From Paludibacter sp. (lineage in GTDB: Bacteria; Bacteroidota; Bacteroidia; Bacteroidales; Paludibacteraceae), in assembly GCA_024710005.1 (NCBI GenBank), contig JANJVQ010000018.1:82764-146763 (forward strand): a DNA stretch of 64,000 nucleotides, written 5' to 3'. Shown in pieces: positions 17,701 through 26,662 of this stretch. The first letter of the stretch is position 1, and every line of letters begins with the position of its first letter. Made by a program: the position numbers and the translations under genes. Below the pieces are notes generated by a model. That model ran no database searches. It had not been told where the DNA came from and saw only the letters and a list, made by a program, of their open reading frames with translations.

Positions 17701-20092
17701 GATCTTGTTTTCCTGAAGGTTGTCCCCCACGGGTAGGATCATATACCTGAACTACAATTTCCTGACTACCATTCGTGTTTAATGCATCGGTAATATCAGC
17801 AGAGAAAGGATTGAATCCTCCTTTATGTTCCACCACTTTCTGTCCGTTAACAAACACTATACTGTGCCAGTCAACCGCGCCAAAATTAAGCATTACACGT
17901 TTACTGTCTGCTGGTTTTTCAATGGTTACAACACGTTTGTAAGCATACGATTTATTCTGGTTGTTGTATTCAACATCCATGATACCGGAGAGGGCTGATT
18001 CTATCGGGAAAGGAACCAAAATTTGCTGACGATAAACTTCATTTGATTTGTAAGTTCCAAAATCATCTCTTGTCTTCCGGGTATAATCCCAGACACCGTT
18101 GAGGTTTGTCCATCCTTCGCGTTTGAGTTGCGGACGCGGATACTGATTCAATACCGGTTCGTTTGCATTCAGGCTTTCACCCCATACGGTCATCAATGGT
18201 GCTGTTTTCTTTTCATAAGGAGAGCTGAAAGTAGAACCATCGGGAGCATAAGCTCCGGTATTGTCAATTTTGATATACTCAATTTCCACCTCAGCACCTT
18301 GGGTACTGGTCTGTTTTCCGAAGAAAAGATGTGTTCCGTCTTCGGGCAATAATTCACCTTCGAATAAGAACAAGTCATCCAGATAAAGAACTCCCGGGGT
18401 GCTTCCATCGCGTTCGGTCAGGATTTGAAGCGCATGATCCGTAGCATCCGTTGTAAATGTAATGACCTGATTCGACCAATCGGCATGTTCAGAATTATTA
18501 ATCGTTTTACGGAAGATTTCTTTTGTTCCGTTTTTCACAACGAGTATCAGGTGGTCGCCACCCCATTTGGCAAAATGATAGGAGAAGAGGAAGGTATACG
18601 TTTTTGCAACACCCAGTTCGATAGGCACCGTTTTGATATTGCTGTTGCTACCTCTGTCTTCATTAGAACCCGCGGTAAAGTCACTTCCATAAGTTGTATT
18701 ATTACCAAAACAGTTGAAGAAACGCAGAGAGTATTTTCCCCTTGCATAGCGATTGCCTGCTTCACCGTTAGACGTTTGTTTGTTGTACTGTACACGTACG
18801 CGTGAGCCCCAGAATGGATGCCAGAAAGGAGCTGCATTATGCTCTGCATTATACGGAGGACTAAACCAAAGCGGATCATCATCAGCCCTGCCACCATAAT
18901 AAGCATCGGCAGAATATCTGTAATTTTCGGGACTTACCATGCAGGTATCGTTACGCGGATCCCCATCCGGGAAATAGTGTGCACAGGGATTTTCAAAATC
19001 TCCGTTCGGGAAAAGATTGATTGCACCTTCAGGAATACGGGAAGCAACGATGCGCTCGCTGAAAAGCATATCATCAATCGCCATTTGATTCAGATTTGCA
19101 TCACTGGTAGGAGTTTCTAAGATAAAACGTTGGAAATTGGCACCACCTTCCATGCCTTTTCTTTCATGATATTTCCAGTTCGGATTGTTTCTGTCACCAA
19201 CAAAATATACACTTCTATCACCGGCAGGATCAAACCATCCATTGACGTCACGCCAGGCTCCTTCAGGATAACTTATTGTCTTTGTCCAGGCAGACATATC
19301 GTAAATTGAACCCGGTTTTACAGGGATAAATTCATTTTTAAAGAATCCTTTGTCAACGAACATACCATATTTACCGCTTCGTACATGAGCTTGATCAGAT
19401 GATACAGTTAATGTACCCGGTTTTCCTTCATCCATCCAGCCCCAGCCATGTTCCGCTGCGCTTTTTCCGTTTTCGAAACCACCGTCTTTCAATATATTAT
19501 CAAGCATAAAGGTTTGTAGCGGTAGTTCACCCAGCAATACGCCATCCCGCCAAACACGCACTTTTTCGTCCGGAGCCACTGCCACACGATAGGTATGGAA
19601 GTCGTCGGTAGTACTTGCCGTACTCAACACGCGAACAGTATCCAATACATTGGCATGTTCAGTAAGCAGGCTGTTGGAAAATTCGAGACGGAAACCTTTC
19701 CCGCCACCAACACCTGAAACGGTGAAAGCGCCATCAGGAGAATTTACCACTTTCGCTCTGAACTCAACTGTAAAACCAATTGCAGGTGAAAAACCAGTGC
19801 GGGTCTTGTACCAGCCTAACTGAGAATACAAAGGGAAACCGAACTCATCTTGTACTTCATTTACTTTCAGTTTAAGTGCCGTTGAAGCAACTGCCGAAAG
19901 TTCAGAAGGGTTAACAAGTAAATCTTTTGTCGCTTGTTCCCATGGCATCGTGTTGTCAAATCGCAATTCTTTCCAACCTTGCTCAGTTGGAAGCGATGTA
20001 CCGTTAAATACACCCACAAGCGATTGAGCCTGTGTCTGCCACAAGAACAGGGACAGACACATCCATAATAAGTAAGTCTTACATGTCCTCAT
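14780..20092 (-). CDS. Giant T9SS-secreted protein: split beta-sandwich + 2 CBM-like domains + degenerate GH2 + jelly-roll module + GLUG-like region + CTD
   Basis: Start moved to MRTCKTY (20092; 1770 aa). GH2 motifs QYPRPQL, NFGAVDW, ALDQGYFPDG are present but catalytic sites read FNDGWG and CGVTGN. FYRLTADIDL...PIG...FKGYIDGQNHT is GLUG-type; IYNLQG...GVYIIK CTD. Confidence 0.85.
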   Translation of the reverse strand: MRTCKTYLLWMCLSLFLWQTQAQSLVGVFNGTSLPTEQGWKELRFDNTMPWEQATKDLLVNPSELSAVASTALKLKVNEVQDEFGFPLYSQLGWYKTRTGFSPAIGFTVEFRAKVVNSPDGAFTVSGVGGGKGFRLEFSNSLLTEHANVLDTVRVLSTASTTDDFHTYRVAVAPDEKVRVWRDGVLLGELPLQTFMLDNILKDGGFENGKSAAEHGWGWMDEGKPGTLTVSSDQAHVRSGKYGMFVDKGFFKNEFIPVKPGSIYDMSAWTKTISYPEGAWRDVNGWFDPAGDRSVYFVGDRNNPNWKYHERKGMEGGANFQRFILETPTSDANLNQMAIDDMLFSERIVASRIPEGAINLFPNGDFENPCAHYFPDGDPRNDTCMVSPENYRYSADAYYGGRADDDPLWFSPPYNAEHNAAPFWHPFWGSRVRVQYNKQTSNGEAGNRYARGKYSLRFFNCFGNNTTYGSDFTAGSNEDRGSNSNIKTVPIELGVAKTYTFLFSYHFAKWGGDHLILVVKNGTKEIFRKTINNSEHADWSNQVITFTTDATDHALQILTERDGSTPGVLYLDDLFLFEGELLPEDGTHLFFGKQTSTQGAEVEIEYIKIDNTGAYAPDGSTFSSPYEKKTAPLMTVWGESLNANEPVLNQYPRPQLKREGWTNLNGVWDYTRKTRDDFGTYKSNEVYRQQILVPFPIESALSGIMDVEYNNQNKSYAYKRVVTIEKPADSKRVMLNFGAVDWHSIVFVNGQKVVEHKGGFNPFSADITDALNTNGSQEIVVQVYDPTRGGQPSGKQDQVPGATTYTPVTGIWQTVWTEVVNPVYITDVALTPVNNNAVKVKVEAANAAGATATVKILDGTTEIASVDVAVDAETTIPVANAKLWSPETPFLYNVTVALKKEGVTTDNVTSYFGMRKIEVKKTREKPYIYLNDQLTFNFAALDQGYFPDGLYTPASYDAMRHDLVKLKELGFNAVRKFVKIEPAIWYHIADSLGLLVWQDIPAAHVGTAIAELNTEAARKANFLRETAAMTKSIRNFPSVVAWIGFNDGWGRYNMSHVENTVKLFRNLNDGRLVLPESGDDNYELGDVVSRHGLPLPQLHANPYNERASICGVTGNYNYAINGHLWNTSSSSDIKDDATYASRLSEFANAAKNLTLSGIAGLAMVQITDVENEINGLMTYDRKVYKAGLKADSVLKNTTAFMKSKITAPVLKTSGQGGELWKYVSGVKNEVVVAAGWNTNMNFDETGWNEGRSAFGGNMGVSFPWNTSWKGDNIELYARKKVNIPVLEEGDKLNFRLFYDEDYEFYINGVLAHTNTGWSTNYVTIDIYPEAKAAINYGGENLFAIHIIQNGGGSCMDLGVTTDKLSKDITYEEPVTEPVWVNVATAADWMNIKNNLSGFYRLTADIDLYSEQYTPIGNTDNPFKGYIDGQNHTVRCPEINGGDRLGLFGYADGAHFVNLRFTEAYVQGGADVGILLGRGKGITVEHVVFDKGEYQPEVGGRDHVGVVAGMLETGKLSTIKDVYVVDGKVTSTEWQAAGLVGIMCDTRIINSYFTGTVAITHANRLTADNRDAAGIVARTEGGKNYFNGVVSLATEVLSASGNEFISFNGGGYIVIDSTTCFTRNDMTLDPIFAPNRGGQYARATSAMKRPIDDFKGYSLYRAAGWDMTTVWGIPKGGGFPIFRTIQGAEFDIDESAVPGVEKVNDLIVYSVSGNVVMTASQPTAVWIYNLQGALVERTDVNGKQTVALPQGVYIIKSAANGVVKAVKIVNR

Positions 20093-20168
20093 AAACTTAG
20101 ATTTAAAATTAGTAAAAATCAATATTAAAAATTATTGCAAACTATCTACCCTGTTTGCAGAAAGGGTT

Positions 20169-21140
20169 TTACCATTCAAATATTTCCTGCTGATCTTCTT
20201 CGGGAATCTGTGTATTCCTTCTGCGTTCCAGCGTATAAGATCCTTTAAGCGTATATTTCACTGTATAACTCGGATTAGATACATCCTTGTAGCTGTATTG
20301 AAGCTCCATGGTTACAGTTCGTATCATCAGATAGGGTTGCAGCGGATCCATTTCTTCTTTAATATTCCAGGTACATTTTCCCGGAACCGGCGTAAATTCA
20401 ATTTTAGCGCTATCGGCCGTAAAACTAAGGGTATTGTCGGCATTGAATTTTGCTCTTACCTTGTAGGTTGCGCGGTCACGTGCATCTTCTTCACATAAAC
20501 CGGCATAAAAGAATACGACACTATCACTTACGACCCGCATGTCACGTGTTGCTTTTGAAGTTGGAGTTGCATCTCCTTCGGCTGTGATAGTTCCGGCACC
20601 AGCCGAATAAGTCCCTGAAAAATAATTGAAAGGAATGATGCGCATCAAAGTTTTCTTGTAATGATTTTTCGGTGATGGAACATATTCTGAGGTTGAAGAA
20701 ATTTTCAAAGGGAGTATATATTTCTCTACCAGATCCAAATCATTAACCCGGAAATCAACGTTGAGGTAACCAACATCCTTTCCTGCCGGGATTGTTACAG
20801 TAGTACCATTGGGGAAACTATAGTATTCTTCTCCCAACAACCTGAAAAACAAGTCATCCCGGGTATAAAACATCGTCCGGTTATGCGCCACGAGTGTATC
20901 GGCATCCAGCTCTACCTGAACAGTCACCTGCCGCTCATTTGTAGTTGACCCACTTACTTCGACCGGAATTTTATAATGAATAATTCCATCCGTCGTATTG
21001 GAATTCAAATACGTCTCTGTATATCCGGAGCGTACGAATGAAACATATTTTTGATACTGTTCACCTTTCCACTCGTCTTCGCAGGCATAAAACGCTATAC
21101 CCAGCGTTACCATGATTGTATAAAATAATATCTTCTTCAT
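20169..21140 (-). CDS. PUL surface lipoprotein (DUF4973/DUF1735, BT_3987-like)
   Basis: Lipobox FYAC; directly downstream of SusD; PVEVSGS, LDADTL, YILPLKI patterns. Confidence 0.75.
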   Translation of the reverse strand: MKKILFYTIMVTLGIAFYACEDEWKGEQYQKYVSFVRSGYTETYLNSNTTDGIIHYKIPVEVSGSTTNERQVTVQVELDADTLVAHNRTMFYTRDDLFFRLLGEEYYSFPNGTTVTIPAGKDVGYLNVDFRVNDLDLVEKYILPLKISSTSEYVPSPKNHYKKTLMRIIPFNYFSGTYSAGAGTITAEGDATPTSKATRDMRVVSDSVVFFYAGLCEEDARDRATYKVRAKFNADNTLSFTADSAKIEFTPVPGKCTWNIKEEMDPLQPYLMIRTVTMELQYSYKDVSNPSYTVKYTLKGSYTLERRRNTQIPEEDQQEIFEW

Positions 21141-21152
21141 TGTGTCCTTTTT

Positions 21153-23432
21153 TTATTCTTCAAATGTTTTCCATCCGGGATTTTGTGTCATTTTTCTGTT
21201 TTTTCTCAACTCACTGTGAGAAATTGGCCATAAATACATCTTTTCAGCAAAAATGGCTGGGACAAGTGAAATCTCACGTGGAGTCTGCCACAAAGTTCTT
21301 TGTAACTTATCACTTGCATTATAAGTCAATGGTCCGGTCATATCCATATTGTAGCCCCATACCGGCATTGCTTCTTCTCTTTCTGCATCTCCCCAACGGC
21401 GCAAATCATAATACCGGTGTGATTCGCCCATGAATTCAATTTGCCATTCACGTTTGATGCGTTTGCGCATTTCGTCCTTATCTGCAAAATAATCATCAGT
21501 AAAATCGGGTAAACCTGCCCGAACCCGTACAGGACGAAGTCCTTTGCTGATTTCACTTTTCGTTCTGCTGACTGTAATCATTCCAACTCCATCGTATGCC
21601 GGGATGTTGTAGGTACCACTCAGTTCATTCAGGGCTTCAGCATAAGTAAGCAACATATCGGCATAGCGTATCGCGGGTTCAGCTTTTCTCACGCGACCAC
21701 CCGACCAGTCTTCCGGATGATAGTATTTACGAATACCAATCCCTGTCCAGTAATAGAAGCCGGAAGCATCTTTACCATCTCCACCATTACGATAAATAAA
21801 TACCTGAGTGTAACGTTTGTTATCGTTTACATTAGTACCTTCATTTTCCCAAATACTGCCATTATAGGCCACCGAAGCATAAAAACGGGGTTCACGGTTG
21901 GCATTTTGCAAAGAAACACCCGGAGGTAGCGGAGCCCAGTTAGTATAAGATTGGTATCTCCTGTTGTTAATTTCTTCTGTAAATTCATTGGCATAAGCGG
22001 GAACAGTTGCTGAGGGGTCGCTGTAATAATAGGGACGACCTTCAGAATCGACTCCTTCTTTATAACGATAGAAGTCACTTCCATCAGCCATGTAATAGGC
22101 ATCATACATTTTCAATGTCAATCCATGACAATTCCAGCCTCCAAGTGAGCGAGGCATCTGGTGTATTGACAAGTTGTCCATGGCGTCGCCATAACCGCGG
22201 GAGAAAATCAGTTCGGGATTTGCATAAGCGGTCAACGAACCATCAAACAACTGTCGGTACGATTCAGTTGGATCAATATCGGCCCATCCGCAATTGTCAG
22301 CACCATCGTTAAATGGTTTATCTGAGTAACCCGGAATGGTTTGTTGTTGAATTTTCCATGTAGTACCCTCCTGAACAATGGTTGCACCCGGTTCAACAGT
22401 TTTGGGATATCGGTAAAAATCGAACGGAAGAGCCGATCCCTGTGCTCCTTTCATATTACTGGAGTTGTTCAGACGTTTAGGTACACTGTAGAGTTTATAC
22501 ACACCTAAATCCATTACCTCTTTGGCAGCAGCTGCTGCTTTGGCCCAACGTTCTTCTTTATATTCCGGGTCAATGAGTGGAGAACCATCATAGCTGATTA
22601 ACTGTTTCGCCCAATCGCTTGTATTTCCGTTATATTGCGGGCTTGCTCCAAACAAATACACCTTGGCACGGGCAGCAAGTGCGGCTCCTTTGGTTGGTTT
22701 GAAAATTTCCCTGTTATTGCGACCCGGTGGCAGGTCACGTGCTGCTATAGCCAATTCATTGGCTATATATTCCACACATACATCGTATCTACTACGCGGT
22801 ATTGAAAGTTCTTCATAACTTCCGGTAAAATCAACTCCTTCGTCAGGCAGAATTGGAATCGGACCATATTTACGAAGCAATTGCCAATAGTAATATGCCC
22901 GAAGGAAACGCGCCTCTGCTTTTGTTTCTTTAATGTAGGTATCTAACTGCTCAGCACTCATCTCATCACGGATGTTATCTCCATTTACCAATTGATCGAT
23001 ATTATGAATATAAATGGATGCATCGCGGATGCCGATGTAACAAACCCTCCATTGCTCTTGTAAGAATTGTTCTGTATACTGGCCACCACGATATATACGG
23101 TATGACGCCAACTGTCCAAAGACATAGTCATCTGCTTTTTCACGGTCGGTATAATACATATCGTCCGTTATAAAATTGAATTGATTGGCATTTTGTTCTT
23201 TGATACTCACATCCCAGTTATCACGGTTGCGTAAATGGCTGTAGACTCCAGCCAACCATCGCTTTGAGTAGTCCATACTTTCAAACACATCCTGCAAATC
23301 AAGCTGATCGTTGAGCAGATGCTCCACCTTCAGGAAATCACTACAGGCATTGAATGAAAGTGTTGTCGCTAAAACTGTCAGTATCGAAATCAACCTGACT
23401 TTTAGTTTATTTATTTTCGTTTTCATTTTCAT
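21153..23432 (-). CDS. susD: RagB/SusD family lipoprotein
   Basis: Lipobox SFNAC; AEARFLRAYYYWQLLRKYGPIP, IRYADMLLTYAEA, EWQIEFMGESHRYYDLRRWG, QNPGW. Confidence 0.95.
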   Translation of the reverse strand: MKMKTKINKLKVRLISILTVLATTLSFNACSDFLKVEHLLNDQLDLQDVFESMDYSKRWLAGVYSHLRNRDNWDVSIKEQNANQFNFITDDMYYTDREKADDYVFGQLASYRIYRGGQYTEQFLQEQWRVCYIGIRDASIYIHNIDQLVNGDNIRDEMSAEQLDTYIKETKAEARFLRAYYYWQLLRKYGPIPILPDEGVDFTGSYEELSIPRSRYDVCVEYIANELAIAARDLPPGRNNREIFKPTKGAALAARAKVYLFGASPQYNGNTSDWAKQLISYDGSPLIDPEYKEERWAKAAAAAKEVMDLGVYKLYSVPKRLNNSSNMKGAQGSALPFDFYRYPKTVEPGATIVQEGTTWKIQQQTIPGYSDKPFNDGADNCGWADIDPTESYRQLFDGSLTAYANPELIFSRGYGDAMDNLSIHQMPRSLGGWNCHGLTLKMYDAYYMADGSDFYRYKEGVDSEGRPYYYSDPSATVPAYANEFTEEINNRRYQSYTNWAPLPPGVSLQNANREPRFYASVAYNGSIWENEGTNVNDNKRYTQVFIYRNGGDGKDASGFYYWTGIGIRKYYHPEDWSGGRVRKAEPAIRYADMLLTYAEALNELSGTYNIPAYDGVGMITVSRTKSEISKGLRPVRVRAGLPDFTDDYFADKDEMRKRIKREWQIEFMGESHRYYDLRRWGDAEREEAMPVWGYNMDMTGPLTYNASDKLQRTLWQTPREISLVPAIFAEKMYLWPISHSELRKNRKMTQNPGWKTFEE

Positions 23433-23445
23433 TATAGATTTAATA

Positions 23446-26400
23446 TTATAAACTGATTGTCAGTCCACCTGTGAAACTTTTTGTAATCGGATAAGCCATA
23501 CCATTACCGCTACCCAACTCCGGATCCCAAAGCTTCAGGCTATCCCACACAAAAAGGTTCGAGCCGATAAAATGCAGTCGGATGCTATTGATATGCCACA
23601 TATTGGTTATTCTCTTCGGCACAGTAAATCCGATTTCAAGTGTTTTGAACCGGAGATATGCTCCGTTACGCAACCAATAGGTCGAAGCCCGGTAGTTATT
23701 CGCATTTCCACCATAACTCAGTCGCGGATATTTAGCATTGGGATTGGGATTACTTTCCGACCAGTAATTTCCCACCATATCAGTCAGAATATTACCCCAG
23801 GGCAATGTATTTCCGGCATGGATTTCAGAAAAAGGATATACAGCTGGTCCGTTGATGAAGTAGGATGATTTTCCTGCACCCTGAAAATGCACATTCACAT
23901 CAAGTCCTTTCCATGTTGCCGATGCACCTACACCATATATGAGGTTGGGCACACGGGTTGAACCGATTGCCACCACATCGTTATCATTGATTAAACCGTC
24001 ACCATTGATATCTTTATATTTTATATCACCCGGCATATAAGCGCCAAATTCCTGTTTCGGACTATTACGGATATCTTCATAACTTTCAAATAGACCCATA
24101 GCAATTAAGCCTTTAGCCTGCTCCCAACGATAACCCTGTGTCATCTTATAAGGCAAAGCGCTCGCCTCTTCGTCATATTCGAGTACTTTATTGCGGGTAT
24201 AGGTTATGTTCCCACGCATGGTCATTTCTACCTGATCAAATTTCTGGTTATAGTTAAATTGTCCGTCAAAACCCATGTTCTCCATCTTACCAATGTTGGC
24301 CCAGGGTTGCGAAGTGATACCCGTCATTTCCGACAAGTGCTTGCGCTGCATATAGATGTTACTACGTGTATCCTTAAATATATCAAATGCACCGGAGAAT
24401 TTATTGTTCCACAAATTAAAATCAATACCCAGGTTATGTTTGGTTGCAACCTCCCAGGTTAGATAATCAGCAGCATATTCTGTGATATGCATTCCCCGGT
24501 ATTGTGAAAGATTTCCTTCGCTTGCCAGACCACTGTAGTTCGGGCTATTGAGATCCCCGTAATTATATCCATCCACTAACCCAATTGCCCCCATATATGG
24601 GAAGCGAATTTCCTCATTTCCTCTTCTTATTTTATTGTTTCCAACCTGTCCGTATGAGTAACGAATTTTCAATAAGTCGAAAATCTTTGTATTTTCCTTT
24701 ACAAAAGGTTCTTCAGAGATGTTCCATGCACCCGAAACTGCCGGGAAAAATCCAAACTGATGACCGGTTTTAAACACTTCCGAACCGGTATATCCTCCAT
24801 TGAACTCAATAAAATACCGACTTAAATAATCATAGGAAATTCGACCTGACACACCCTGATCACGACGTGGAATACCGCGTGCAATATTATTACCCACATT
24901 TGAAGTTTCAGCCTGTTCACGTTGTGCATACTTCGTGAAAAGACTCACATTATGAGCATCAGCAAACATTCGGTTATACGACAACTCTCCTTCGAGGTTG
25001 TAGATACGTTCGCCCCAGGAATCTGACTCCTGTCCCATCAACCTCTCTGTGGAAACACGGTAGAAAACCAGATTACCACTACTATCGCGGCGACGTTGTG
25101 TGTTATGCTGTTCAGGCCATCGTACGTGTTTTATATTATTACGGTTAAACGAGTCAAATGCAAAACGCCCGACAAAGCGTAATCCTTTGGTGATGAAATC
25201 AAAATTTTGTTCCAACGTGATATTAGTCTCCACTTTATTGCGCCATGATTCATTATAACCTGATTGTGTACCTAATACCCAGGGATTCGTTAATTCTCCG
25301 GTTCCATAGGCAGGAGTTAATCCGTTAGAATATTCCAGTGGAGTTGCCAGAGGCGAATATCCTACAATTGATTTCCAGATATTGATACCATCACCGTTAA
25401 CGATTCTGTTCATAATAATCGTGTTATCATCAACATTGGTATATGTGTAGGTTTCAACCAAACCGGCACGATTTTGCTTTTCAAGAAAACCTGAAACACC
25501 GGTACGTAATACTGTAGTCGGCGTTATGTCAATATCTGTATTCATACGATAATTATAACGCTCCAGGTTGCTGTTTGTATTATAATCCCGGAGTGATTCG
25601 TCTGTTTTATACATACCACCTTCGCTCAAATAACTTCCTGAAACATAATAACGGGCAGTTGAAGCACCACCACTCAGATTTATTGAAGCACGATAAGTCC
25701 CCGCTCCGTCTTTCAGAAGAACGTCTTTCCAGTCAACGTTCGGATAAAGGTCAGGATCCAGGTTGTTTTCTATGATTTGCATCTCAATATCATTGTAGAG
25801 CGGTTCCATATTACGTGTACTTCTGGCTTCATTAATTAGCTTTGCATACGACAGTCCGTCTACAAACTCAGGGGTGCGTGTACGGGTGTTGTATCCGTAC
25901 TCCACTTTACCGTTAATATTGATTTTACCGGGATCACCTTTTTTAGTCGTGATAATAATAACCCCGTTAGCACCTCTGGAACCATATATCGCGGTAGCAG
26001 AGGCATCTTTCAATACCGAGAATGATTCGATATCTTCAATATTGATTTCATTAAACGGACGTTCAAATCCGTCGACAAGCACAAGAGCACTTGAACCGGC
26101 ACCAAAAGTAGAAATACCACGAATCCAGAACTCCGACTGGTTAGCTCCGGGTTCCCCGGATACCTGCATCGAAATTACACCGGCAATATTACCTGCCAGT
26201 GAATTGGTTATGTTAGCAGTAGGCACCCTCAGTGTTTTCATATCGACTGTTGAAATAGCACCTGAGATTGATGCTTTTTTTACTGCTCCTGTACCGGTTA
26301 CAACCACTTCATTCAACACATTGTTATCGTTACTGGCCATTTGCACATTAATGGTAGTTCTACCATCAACATCAACTTCCTTTTTATCATATCCGACATA

Positions 26401-26637
26401 CGAAAACACGAGTGTAGCATTCCTTTTTACTTTAATGGAGTATTTCCCATCCAGATTTGTATTTACACCAAAACCAGGTTCGTTTTTCACATAAATATTG
26501 ACACCTATCATAGGTTCTTTATTTTCGTCGGTCACTGTTCCCGAAACTGTGATGGTATTTTCCTGTTGTGCAAATGAATTGGGTATCATGCAAAACAGGA
26601 ATGATATTATGCAGATCAGAATTTGTATCTGTTTCAT
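23446..26637 (-). CDS. susC: SusC/RagA TonB-dependent transporter
   Basis: LNEVVVTG, LVLVDGFER, LKDASATAIYGSRGANGVIIITTK, LTWEVATKHNLGID, YLRFKTLEIG, WDPE. Confidence 0.97.
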   Translation of the reverse strand: MKQIQILICIISFLFCMIPNSFAQQENTITVSGTVTDENKEPMIGVNIYVKNEPGFGVNTNLDGKYSIKVKRNATLVFSYVGYDKKEVDVDGRTTINVQMASNDNNVLNEVVVTGTGAVKKASISGAISTVDMKTLRVPTANITNSLAGNIAGVISMQVSGEPGANQSEFWIRGISTFGAGSSALVLVDGFERPFNEINIEDIESFSVLKDASATAIYGSRGANGVIIITTKKGDPGKININGKVEYGYNTRTRTPEFVDGLSYAKLINEARSTRNMEPLYNDIEMQIIENNLDPDLYPNVDWKDVLLKDGAGTYRASINLSGGASTARYYVSGSYLSEGGMYKTDESLRDYNTNSNLERYNYRMNTDIDITPTTVLRTGVSGFLEKQNRAGLVETYTYTNVDDNTIIMNRIVNGDGINIWKSIVGYSPLATPLEYSNGLTPAYGTGELTNPWVLGTQSGYNESWRNKVETNITLEQNFDFITKGLRFVGRFAFDSFNRNNIKHVRWPEQHNTQRRRDSSGNLVFYRVSTERLMGQESDSWGERIYNLEGELSYNRMFADAHNVSLFTKYAQREQAETSNVGNNIARGIPRRDQGVSGRISYDYLSRYFIEFNGGYTGSEVFKTGHQFGFFPAVSGAWNISEEPFVKENTKIFDLLKIRYSYGQVGNNKIRRGNEEIRFPYMGAIGLVDGYNYGDLNSPNYSGLASEGNLSQYRGMHITEYAADYLTWEVATKHNLGIDFNLWNNKFSGAFDIFKDTRSNIYMQRKHLSEMTGITSQPWANIGKMENMGFDGQFNYNQKFDQVEMTMRGNITYTRNKVLEYDEEASALPYKMTQGYRWEQAKGLIAMGLFESYEDIRNSPKQEFGAYMPGDIKYKDINGDGLINDNDVVAIGSTRVPNLIYGVGASATWKGLDVNVHFQGAGKSSYFINGPAVYPFSEIHAGNTLPWGNILTDMVGNYWSESNPNPNAKYPRLSYGGNANNYRASTYWLRNGAYLRFKTLEIGFTVPKRITNMWHINSIRLHFIGSNLFVWDSLKLWDPELGSGNGMAYPITKSFTGGLTISL

Positions 26638-26662
26638 ATAATTATTAGATTTTAAAGTTCTT

